Below, in pieces: positions 37,190 to 47,873 of a stretch of DNA of 64,000 bases. Below the pieces are notes generated by a model. It saw only the letters and a list, made by a program, of their open reading frames with translations. It had not been told where the DNA came from and ran no database searches. Made by a program: the position numbers and the translations under genes. Numbering within the stretch: position 1 is the stretch's first letter; each line of letters opens with the position of its first letter. Source of the DNA: Dimorphilus gyrociliatus (Eukaryota > Animalia > Annelida); contig CAJFCJ010000038.1 of the NCBI GenBank assembly GCA_904063045.1, positions 38,315 through 102,314 on the forward strand. The letters are read 5' to 3'.

Positions 37190-37400
37190 GAATAGTACTT
37201 ACTATATAGTGGAAGTGTTGAAGTAGATATTGCCCATAGGGTAGATGGTACCCAACTACAAGAATCAACCCCTTTTATAGGCAAAGGATAAGATGTTAGA
37301 TAACCAAACATGTTGAAAAGAACAGCAAGTATTCATTTACATAAATATGATGTAACAATTGACCCTTAAGAGTTTGCCTATACAAAACTGTTGTTGTTTT
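37190..37400 (-). promoter_or_regulatory. Repeated TATA-exon-donor cassette, copy C (inverted, 5'-truncated)
   Basis: Minus-strand TATAAAA at 37279-37273 and GTAAGT at 37202-37197; sequence matches copies A and B. Confidence 0.6.
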
Positions 37401-37409
37401 TAAAAAGAG

Positions 37410-37640
37410 GAGTCATTTGAAAGTAATGCTAGTCAAAAAGACAATTCCACTGATGATTTTATTTCAAAATTTTACCAAATGGCAGTGAAAAAAGTAAACA
37501 TCTTCTCATCTACAAAGGATAAACATTTATCATAAAAATGAAAAGAAAAGCAGCCACAATTTGGACCTGTTCAGTTTGTAACAAAAATAGAAAGTATTCT
37601 GCAAGTATCTACCAAAAAGGACCCTATTTTGTAATTGGTA
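37410..37640 (+). mobile_element. FLYWCH fragment of a fourth MULE
   Basis: KHLLIYKG*TFIIKMKRKAATIWTCSVCNKNRKYSASIYQKG is homologous to the FLYWCH domains of E1 and E3. Confidence 0.7.
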
Positions 37641-38356
37641 AAATGAAAACACAAACATTCACCATTGAGTCTCTCAAAACCTAAGTGTTCCTCTTGCAGA
37701 GCTGCTATTGAAGGATCTGTAATTGTCAATACAGATTTGGATAACTTACACCTTTATTTTGGAAATCATCACTAAACTTTTCTGTATTCCGATTTTTTTT
37801 GTCATTCTGAATTGTAAATTTCAGCCTACATTTTTTTTTCTAAAAATGTTTCCAAATACAGTGTCAATAGAAAAAATCTCTATTTAGCGCCCTCTTTTGA
37901 GCGATAACATAACAATAGCTATACTTCTGGATATTCTTCAATGATTTTCTTCTAAACAAACTCTTCATTAGTAAACCAGAATTTTTAGTTATTTCTTTCA
38001 GTAAACAATAATCCGGCATTATTAATGTTGGATGTTGACAAAGTTTTATCAAATAAAAGGAAAAGTAGGAATTTGTTTAAAACAATCGTATGATCTTTTG
38101 CAGAAATGCTGCAAAATTGTTAAGATTTTTAGTTTAAATGAACAGTTGCAGGCTTATTTATCTAAAATCAACAATACTCAATCTAAGTTACAATACAAAA
38201 TAGTATGCGTATTTAAAAAGCTTTAGAAAGTAGTCATTTATTGATATTAGTAAAATTAGACCTATAAAAACATTATTTAATAATCATATCTGAGGTGATT
38301 CTCCTCAAGAAATGAGTGAAAAAGTTTTACTAAATGCTATATATCTCAATAATTGA

Positions 38357-39670
38357 TCAATTAATGCTTTTAAAAAAGAAACGAGATAATTGAAGAGGTT
38401 TCAAAATATCATCAACATCCATTAATCAACAGTGTTTTCCACTTCTTTCAACTTTTCTTGCAAAAGTCAAATTGTTATCAATTCCAATTGTTCCTATTTC
38501 TGAAATGCTGTTCTCAGAGTTTGATTGAACATTTGAGTAGAATTTAAATTGTTTTTTGCCAATATGACCCAAAAGCCCACCCATTTCCTCATAATCTTTT
38601 GGAACAAATTTAAAGCTGACATCTAAATGCAATTGCTCTATAGAATGTCTTGTCCTTGCAATTATAATTTCTATAGGAGTTTCTTGTAAAACTGTTATGA
38701 ATATTTGGCTAGAAAATATTGCATATGTAAAAAATTCTGAATGAATTATTAATCTTTTTGAATTTTCCATCCAATTCAGTTGTGTTCTATTGTGAATGAT
38801 AATTGAATTCATTGATACAGTTACATTACCAACAAGGGATTTAATAATAATTCTATGCATGTAATAATCATCTTTAAGCTGACCATAAATTTCAACTCCA
38901 ATCTTTGAATATTCAACTATTTTTAGATAGCTATTAGGTTTACCAGTAACATCGTAACAGATAGGCCTATCCATAGAGTGTAGGCTATCAAATACAATTT
39001 GTTTAAAATAAGGATCTTTAGAAGCTGTTGCCCATGGATCAGCACTAGGAATAAAATATACTGGAATATTGGCAGAAGTTTGGTAATCAGACAAATTACA
39101 GTTTATTTTTAATAGCTGAGTCAGCAAAATTGAATTGAGTAACTGTAATTGGTATGTTATTGTTATCAATTGTAATGTTGGAAGTAGTGTCTATAGTTGC
39201 TTTACTAGAATCAATAACAGAAGCACTAAAAGAATAGTAAGATAAACAACTTTGATTGGTCAAAAACTGCTGAATACAAATTATTTACTTGCAAGTTCCT
39301 TGGTGCGAATTACAATTAAGCATAACTATTGTGGAAGATTGTTGCACATTGGAAACTATTATTCCAAAAAGACATATAGAAAGGGAAGAATCATTTGGAT
39401 CTGAAATGAAAGAAAATTTAAAAATAGACATGTTAAGGAAGAATTAATTATCTGTCTCTGATCACCTTCTTGGAGAAAGAGTGTTTTTAATTCAAAAGAC
39501 GCAGAATCCGAACCATCGACACAGTTAAATGAAGAAACAAATGTGAAATTATTTCCCCCACTGCCTAAAACAGTGTCAGGTATATTTATATATACATATG
39601 GTTCAACATTATCAACAAGTACACTGTATTCAGGTATTGAAGATCCATCATATCCCTTAGCATTTAACCT
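38357..39670 (-). pseudogene. Second GDPHF-type (ITIH-C/VWD-like) paralog with upstream beta-sandwich-like exons
   Basis: SKDPYFKQI...ICYDVTGKPNSYLKIVE...LKDDYYMHRI...GGLLGHIG; premature TGA at 38426; upstream exon LNAKGYDGSSIPEYSVLVD...; stops in the 39170-39400 exon. Confidence 0.68.
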
Positions 39671-40260
39671 AAAACAGATTGTTTTAAGTTACCTTAACTT
39701 TAATAAACTTTCAAAATAGACATTACTCATACGTAAATTTTATCTCATATTATTATATCCTTTTTCTCAGTAAAATTAAACAAAGTGATAAGTTTGCCAA
39801 CACTTTTGAAGGGACATTTAAACAATTGTAAACAAGTTTTAGATAGAATTTCACCAGTTCATTAAATTATTTTGAGATGCTGTTCACACACAATTGAAGA
39901 AACTGAGTATGATGTATAAAATTTAGAGTGGTTGGCATCCATTCTACAATTTTAACAAAACAACTCAAAATAAGAAAACTTCAATATTAGGCTTATTGGA
40001 ATGTAACTTGTATGGGAATATTAGGAATATAGGTTGAGATTAGGTCTAAACTCTTTACTAAGAATTGATCATATGCTTTAGAATTAAATTTAGAAATTGC
40101 TCCCACAATTCTGCCTTTGTTACTCTTTAAATAGATAGGTGGGCTAGGATAATAACTATTAGGTTGGCAATGATAATAGTCCTTGCCACACCCTAATAAA
40201 GAATGTCATTCTTGTTATTAGGTTAGATAGTGGTATTGTTATAGGTTATGTATAGTAATA

Positions 40261-42990
40261 GAGTTGGGGTGCGAACGTACCTGGGTGTGAACGTACCCGG
40301 GTGCGAACGTACCCTGGGCGGGTGCGAACGTACCCAGGTACGTTCGCACCCTATTTTTATATTTATTTTATTTTTGAATTTTTGAATAAAAGATTTAGCT
40401 ATAAATCTAAAAGTATGTATTTAAAAGACTAAATATTATACTAAAAAACAATAAAGCTTGACAAATGATATTTATGCTGGAGAGTAGATATGGGATGTCT
40501 GCATTAATAGATCAATTGATGTCAATTTGTTCAACTTGAAATCATCCCATAAATCAAAAATTTTCTTTTGGATGTCAATATACTTTTTCTTTTGATGTTT
40601 GTAAATCCTTTTTTCTGACAGTAATTTCTCATAAACTGCAATCAACTCAGACTCTTTTTTTAGCTCATCAACCAGCATGTAAAAAGAACCTTTAGCAGGC
40701 AGCTTACTATTCATTCTTTGATGCCATCCTTCACAATCATTATTGGTCCTAATAGACAAACCAAAAACTGACCAGTTATTTGGTTTCCATAATTTATTTT
40801 TGATCCAGTTTGTTTGGAAGTATTGCAGCAGGTCCAAAAATCTATTTTTTTCACAAAGTTCTGCATTTATGCTGTCAAATGTTGGTTGAATAATATGTGC
40901 TGGCAAGAATGGCAGAGCCATCAATTTTCTGAAATCTTTCCAATCATTTCCTTTTTCTTTGTATTTCTTTACATAGCCAAGAGCCTATTCAATAATATAA
41001 GTTATTTAATAGATAATGTTATATATATTTGAATGTAACTGACTTGTATTTTCCTGTATACTGCTTGTGTGAAATGAAATACACAACCTTGAAATTCAGT
41101 GAGGGGATATACTTTTGATAATGCTTTCCATAGTCCTTTTTCAAAATCCATTGTAATTCTTTTTGGATGAAAATCATTGATAAGATTGTTGATATGCTAC
41201 AAAAAAGCAACTTTATTTATCATCACTTTTGAAGAGATAATATGAAATATTTACTTGAAATGCTTGTAAGTATGCTTTGGTATGCTTTGAAGTCAGAAAA
41301 ATAAAAACAAGAGGAACTTGCTTCATATCACCACTCTTCTTAACAAATGAGTGAATAGTGACAAGTTGATAAAATGGTTCTTTTACAATCTTGAAAGTAC
41401 CATCAATGTACCAACAGTTGGATTTTGATAATAAATTCAGCTGATGGTTTGTTGCAAAGATTAAAATTCTTTCTCCATTTTCACAAATATCTTTCTGCAA
41501 AAATTCATCAGGCAAAAATGTTTCATCTAAATTAAAGTTGTACACTTTAGGTTCCACTGGCCTAAACTTTTGTCTATTTGAGTTTGCCATTCTCTTCAAA
41601 TAGTTGATATCCGGAAGACAAGTTGCATTGGGTTCATAGGATAGAAGAACTTTTTCAGCAATGCTTCTTCCAGATGTTTGATTATCACTTCTGCAAACAA
41701 TTTTCAAATCTGTTTTCACTTTAATATCCACTTCTAAATTCTTTTTTCTGTTGTGATTATGTTCCAAATTGCCTTTGAGAAATAAATTTCCATTTTGTCT
41801 TATTCTGGCCACACATCTTTTCTTCTTACTTCTCACACTGCACACCCAAATAGTACTTGATGGTGTTTTATGTTTAACAACAAAAGAATATCCATCATTC
41901 AGTAAAATGTCATGTCCCTTTCTACTTCCTCCTTTTACAATCTCAAAATCACTTTTTGTGGATGATTCACAATATTCTTCAGCATTCTCTTCAACTTCCT
42001 CCAAAGAGTCTAGGTCCATTGATTGGCATTCTGAAAGAACATGATTTTCATCCTCCAATATTGATTCCTCAACTGCAGCAATCTTATTTCTTTCATCAAT
42101 AAAGCTTTCTTCAGAATTTACTTTGAATTGATGAATTTCCAGATTAGTTAACTTCTTGAGCATGACAGTACATTTTCTTTTGTTACAAGGTTTGCAAATT
42201 GGTATGTTATGTGTTTCTATAAGAATATGTTAAAAAATATAATTACATGAAAGCTGATTAAAGAGTTACATACCTGTGCATTTCCTATGAATAAGATTCT
42301 TACAAAGGCTGCATTTCAAATATTTTTGCCTTCCATAAATTGTTGAATGACAATTGTGACATTTGAAAGCCATTTTTTAATCTTCAATCAAATGTAGATG
42401 GTTATCTAAAAATATTTCCAGTTATCAATAAATTTCCTTTCCAAATATTCAAAATGGCTGAAATTTTATTTATGAAAAATATTCAGCTTTTTCACAATTG
42501 AAGATAGTATATTACATCAAAATATCATGAATCAACAATCTCAATGATTAGATATAAATACTCACTTCTGTTGAAGCTTCCAAGAAGAACTTTGTCCAAA
42601 TTTATTCAGTAAATATAGCTTTACTTTTGCAAGGATAAATATTCCAAGTGAAAGTTTATTTAATAAAACTATCACTATTAAAATGGCTGCTATTTCACTT
42701 TCAACAACATTTTCTTTTAAAGTAGTAATTTAATATTGATGGGATATGTATTCTATTTAATATCTGCATTCTATCAAATCAATATATTAACAAATATATA
42801 ATGAAGGAACAGAAGGAAAAAAGGGTGTCAATGTACATGTTTATTCAAAAATTCAAAAATAAAATAAATATAAAAATAGGGTGCGAACGTACCCAGGTAC
42901 GTTCGCACCCGCCCAGGGTACGTTCGCACCCGCCCAGGGTACGTTCGCACCCGGGTACGTTCGCACCCAGGTACGTTCACACCCGACCCC
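40261..42990 (-). mobile_element. MULE DNA transposon E3 (PHD-FLYWCH-DDE), apparently intact, 2730 bp
   Basis: Perfect 9-bp TSD atagtaata (40252-40260 and 42991-42999). TIRs of about 140-150 bp made of GGGTGCGAACGTACC repeats plus a shared AT-rich inner arm (ctatttttatatttattttatttttgaatttttgaataaa). Confidence 0.95.
40472..42373 (-). CDS. E3 transposase, 575 aa after splicing; exons 42373-42274, 42216-41255, 41196-41044, 40984-40472
   Basis: Exon lengths 100+962+153+513 = 1728 nt with no stop. PHD (CHNC...CSLC...HRKC...CKPC), FLYWCH (WVCSVR...C...H.H), YIDGTF, MDFE, GCVFH, RTNNDCEGWH. Introns of 57, 58 and 59 nt, all GT-AG. Confidence 0.92.
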
Positions 42991-43329
42991 ATAGTAATAT
43001 AGTTTATGCATAAAGTATTATGAAAGTTGTTCACTAGGTACAGCGGAAAAGATGAATAGGAGAAGTAAAGAGCTGTTGTACACACAGTTGTATGATGAAA
43101 TACAAAAAGGAGATGAGAAGGTTTTGATGGCTATAGAGGTGCATTGAGATTCCTAAGGTTTAAAACATATTGCAATCAAAACAAGTGTAGCAATGTAGTA
43201 GGTGAACAGCTGAGAGCAGCATCAAGACTATCAATAAAAGATATGGCAGAGAAAGAATTAATTCAAAAATTGACCTCATGATGATGGCGAAGTGTAAAAA
43301 GACACATAAGGTGCGGAACGCAAAATTAC

Positions 43330-43590
43330 CATTGATGGGAGAGTATTGAAGGCCCTGGAATATCCAGAGGTCGCCACAGTCAATCAAAGGGCGACAACAA
43401 GCGAAGAAAGGACGAAATGGCAGTGCCTAAAAGACATAAGCATATCAGAACTGAACATCAATCAGTCAATCTACTGATAGGATGCGATTACATTGACTTA
43501 ATAGCTCCAAGAACTATATTAGAAGGAAGCATTGACAAACCTACTGTCATACATTCTAAGTTAGGATGGTCTATAGTGATTTCTGAGAGA
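43330..43590 (+). mobile_element. BEL/Pao LTR-retrotransposon relic (protease-adjacent region)
   Basis: KWQCLKDISISEL / (frameshift) VNLLIGCDYIDLIAPRTILEGSIDKPTVIHSKLGWSI matches the Pao pattern W.HL.DI...LLIG.D...G....P.A..T.LGW. Confidence 0.72.
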
Positions 43591-43803
43591 AAGTTTCTTG
43601 AATTTTGCAATTTCTATACGTTTGAATTCAGTTTGTCTTATGTCCAAAAAGAAACCAAATTCCTATTCTCAATACAAACTTTATTGTTTTCAATTTGGTA
43701 GCAAAAAGACAAACCTTTCCCTTTTTACCTTAACTTAGGAATTAACATACATGCAATAGATGACAAAAATTGATGTGGAGAAAGTTAGGCCTAAATTCAC
43801 AGA

Positions 43804-45579
43804 TTAACTGTAATTAATTTTTAAAACTGAGAAGTGTCTTTCATTTCCATAGTGCACAAAAATTTCTTCCAAATGCTCAAATTCTTTGTACAACTGTTCC
43901 AAGAAAACTTGATGGTATGATGAAACGGAATAATCCAAGATATTTAGAATTGTCAAAGTAGATGTTAATAATTTCAAACTGTTTAAAATAGATTCAAATT
44001 TGTGTCCCAAAGTATCAATTTCACCAAAAGAAATACAAGTTAAGCTGTTACATTTATCCAAAAAGAGATGGAAATATATATCATCAGTTGGCATACAACA
44101 ACCTAGAAAATTAGCTGATTTCAATGAATTTCCAGAAATAGTTAGTCCTTCAAAAACACTAGCTAATCCATTTCTAATATGCCTATTAAAGCTTGTATCA
44201 ATACTTTCAAGATTTCTACATTTTTTTAACAATTCACCCAAACTTTCACAACTACTATCATTAAGTGAACAATGGGAAAAGTTTAATGATTTTAAATGTG
44301 TTGCTGATACTTCTAATCCAGCAAAAAGTTGCTGATAGTTAATTTCCAAATTTTGGTAAGACAAGTCAAATTTTTCAATATTTTCGATTGATAATTTTGA
44401 ATTCAATAAACTCTGACAGAAAGTTTTAAAGTGACTGTTTGAAATGTTGATATTTGAAAGTGACAATGTTTTTAGCTTGCAACAAGATTCCAGGAGTAAA
44501 ATTAAATCTTCCCATTGGTTATCACCTAGAATTGACTGTGATAGGTTAATTTCCTCCAAGTGTTTTGAACTGGAAATTGCATATTTTAAAATATTTCCAT
44601 TCAAAATGTTCATATTCCTTAAACTGAGTGATTTCAACAATTTACATTTCTTTATAAAATTTTCAAGAGGATCATTGAATTTTGTGTTATATTTATACTG
44701 AAAATTGAGAATTAATAGACTATCTATTGAGGATTCCAGAGAGGAGAAAATCTTATGAACATTCAACCATTTGTCACTATTTTCCTGTAAAGATAATGAG
44801 AATTCCTCCAAATGCCTGCATTCTTTCAGAAAAGATGCCAAAGCAAATGCTTCTCTTTTGTCTATCATTGTCAGCTGAAGAGTAAAACTTTTAAGAGATT
44901 CTCCAGAATTTTTTAAATTTTCAAAGATTTTGTTGAAGAATTGAAATTTCTTTTTGTAAAATAGGTTATTTACTGAAATGTTGACACTTTCCAATGAATG
45001 CAATGATTTTAAACCAGAAATTATCCATTTAAAGTTCATTACTTTATCTGAAGCAGTAAAAATCAATTCAAGCTTTCTAAGAATTCTACAAGAACTCTTT
45101 AAGAGTAATTGGAGGATTTTTAAATCTTTTGATGTTGTAAAATTATGTATAAATTTAATTGACTTTAATCCAGAAAAGTTGATTGGGTTGAATTTGGATT
45201 TCTTCATTTTTTTATAGTCAAATGAGCACTGATCAATTGTTGAATGTTCAACAGACTTTGAGAAGGATACATCAATGTAAAAGCTTGGAATGTTTTCAAT
45301 TATTAAAGTTGAAATAGGATGATTCTCCAGAAAGCTAAAATCAAAAATATTCTTAAACTTTTCAATAGTAATATAGACATATGATAATTTTATAATGTCA
45401 CTTTTGAATATTTCCAAATCTCTGTTTGAAAATGGTTTTTTATCCAAAATTGAATATTTAAATAGAACATCACCAAGTTTTGTGGGCATTGTTAATTTGT
45501 ACTTTTTACACAACATACTTTGAAGATAGAGATCTGATTTGACAGTTCTAAAAGCAAGTTTCTTCAGAGAAATTACCAT
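43804..45579 (-). CDS. Intronless LRR protein, 591 aa, with an N-terminal ZYG11/ZER1-like BC-box/cullin-box region
   Basis: N-terminus ISLKKLAFRTV...MPTKLGDVLFKY...DLEIFKSDIIKLSYVYI. The C-terminal half has the same RNI-type LRRs (LKSLNFSHCSLNDSSCESLGELLKKCRNLESIDTSFN). Confidence 0.85.
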   Translation of the reverse strand: MVISLKKLAFRTVKSDLYLQSMLCKKYKLTMPTKLGDVLFKYSILDKKPFSNRDLEIFKSDIIKLSYVYITIEKFKNIFDFSFLENHPISTLIIENIPSFYIDVSFSKSVEHSTIDQCSFDYKKMKKSKFNPINFSGLKSIKFIHNFTTSKDLKILQLLLKSSCRILRKLELIFTASDKVMNFKWIISGLKSLHSLESVNISVNNLFYKKKFQFFNKIFENLKNSGESLKSFTLQLTMIDKREAFALASFLKECRHLEEFSLSLQENSDKWLNVHKIFSSLESSIDSLLILNFQYKYNTKFNDPLENFIKKCKLLKSLSLRNMNILNGNILKYAISSSKHLEEINLSQSILGDNQWEDLILLLESCCKLKTLSLSNINISNSHFKTFCQSLLNSKLSIENIEKFDLSYQNLEINYQQLFAGLEVSATHLKSLNFSHCSLNDSSCESLGELLKKCRNLESIDTSFNRHIRNGLASVFEGLTISGNSLKSANFLGCCMPTDDIYFHLFLDKCNSLTCISFGEIDTLGHKFESILNSLKLLTSTLTILNILDYSVSSYHQVFLEQLYKEFEHLEEIFVHYGNERHFSVLKINYS

Positions 45580-45829
45580 AATGTAAGTCTTTAATAGAAC
45601 AATTTAGGGTTGATAGAATACATTCAGAGTGCCAACTGAACATTAGAGCTATTGAAAATGTTTAAGGTTAGGGTAAACCCAAAATTTTATCTGCATTTTC
45701 CAGCATATCCAAAAAAATGCTTAATAAATAAAACACTAAGAATCGCCATTTTTTGCTTATCTACTATGGATAGCCCATTTGGACTAGAAACATTTTTGAT
45801 AAGATTTCAGATGCATACGATCCTATAGT

Positions 45830-46474
45830 GACAGCTACTTAAAAATAATAATGCACTGGTGGAGAACTTGGGAGTTGAGGAATAAAGAGAAAGAATTAAA
45901 AATTTTTCTCTTTTTATCCTTAAACAAAATCTTTTAACCTGAAGGATGGGAACATGGGACCTCACTATATCTGATAACTGTAATTTCCTTTCAGATACAA
46001 AAAGACTATTAGCATTTACACACTCTTGTGTTAATGGTCCAATTTTCAATGATGCAAATAATCCAAAAGATGAAAAGATAAATAAAATCACTGGTTTGGA
46101 GGAAAATAACACTTGTATAGATAGATGTAACAATTGAAAAAGAATTCAATTTTAGAATAACTTGGCCATCTGTATATCGAAACAATAAATCATTTACAAT
46201 TGAAATTAAAGGGCAAAATTTTGGTAGATGAATTGAAATTAAAAATTCCTTTCCATCCATTGGAATTTTGGTTTTTGTACCTTCAGAATATCAGAAAGAT
46301 CCAATTTTTAAGGGTTCATTCTATGGTTCTCAACTAACTGATGGTGATAATGAAACAAGTTGTAAATATTTGTGTGTATGTAATTTAAACTATTGCCAAT
46401 CAGTCTATATAAAGGGAATGACCAATGACAATGCAAATATGAAAACATGTCACTATAGTGTTACACCAGTCTAA
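45830..46474 (+). pseudogene. Decayed terminal exon of a secreted Cys-containing protein
   Basis: HSCVNGPIFNDANNP...CIDRCNN*...SCKYLCVCNLNYCQSVYI...* has several stops. It is followed by the sequence that directly follows the PAN gene at 34790, suggesting it is that family's last exon. Confidence 0.5.
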
Positions 46475-46489
46475 TGGCAATCTAAACAA

Positions 46490-47445
46490 TATAATCAAAA
46501 TGACATTTCACATTTTCAAGGTTTAAAATTTTAAGTTTTAATTCAACCTTCACATTGATTTTATTTCAAAATACAAAAGCCACTAACTGTTGTAATAATT
46601 AATGTCTGGTGTTAGGATCTAATAATCTGGCAAGTAGAACAGTTTGTCATGGAATTCACCTTCCCAACATCTCTAATGAACAATAAACAAGAGCCAAACA
46701 GTAAAGGTTAATAGTTAGGTTGTAAGGAAGAAAATTGAAATCAATATAACAACACATTTTCAACTTTGAAATCAATAGATACATATTTTATATACTTTTT
46801 TTTCTTCCTTTTGACCTTTACCCAATGTTTAAATTTTCATGCTCATAACAATATTAATGGATCAGCTAAAGTTAGTATGGTCCTAAATTGATATTTCAAT
46901 CCTCTTAGGCCTATCAATATAATCTCAATTTTACAAGAGTTTAAATAATTGCAAGAGCAGAGACAAGGGTTATGTTATGATTGGTGTAAAAAAAAACATA
47001 CTTTTATGGATGTTTTCTGTCACATTCTAAGTTGATAACCTAGCTTCTAATAATTGTTCAAGAAATTAGATATTGTTAGTTGGGAAGGGGAGAGTAACCA
47101 GTCTTTAAATAGGTTAGATATTACACTGGCTGACATTACTATCATATTCTGCAAAGGTCTTCCACAGAAAAATTCAGAATAGAATGTTTAAAACCTTTAA
47201 AATTATGACATAAAATAAATAAAAAACATTGTTTTTCTGTTATGTAAATCTTTAATTTGATTAAAAATTTTTGAATTATTACATTATTTATCTTAGCAAT
47301 TGTGATATTCCTCCATTAATTAATACATTTTTAATGTTTATAAGTAAACATTGTTGAGTTTGGTGTATTTGATATACATATATACAGTATTTGTCCCGAA
47401 ACCAATTTGTCATCATTAATTCTTATACCAACATTATTTTCATTA
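46490..47445 (+). repeat. Segmental duplication, copy 2, including the 3' tip of the GDPHF-domain gene on the minus strand
   Basis: Aligns to 34790-35385 with inserts at about 46540-46735 and 46841-46960. Confidence 0.85.
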
Positions 47446-47873
47446 GCAAATTTTCAAAAAACTTGATTTTCTCCCCTTGATTTTCTTTTGTCATATGTCA
47501 TCTTGGTTTTTTCTGACTTACCTGGTCTGTTCTCAAGTAACAAAAATATGAAAGTCTGGTATAATAACACAAAAGTGTAAAAGAAATTTGATAAATTTTA
47601 AAACATATTCAACGGGACTGTCTAAATTTGGAATGGAGACAACTGCTTTTACAGAATGACCATAATATCATTATTTAGTTGTTGTTTGTCTTTTTCGGTT
47701 CCTACATCTCTTCTTGTTTCTTGTTTTGTTGTTGTAGGAAAATAGAATTATTAAATGTTTATACCTGCATGTGCACGCAATCATTTTGGTTTATATATGT
47801 TGAAAGTATTGTGCATACGTTGAGCACAATGCTATTGTTAAGCATTCATATTAAATAGCATTGAGTTAAGGCT

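Noticed and set aside
42801-43085. ORFs with RSHPPRV / RVRTYPG periodicity
   Set aside because: They are translations of the E3 TIR repeats.
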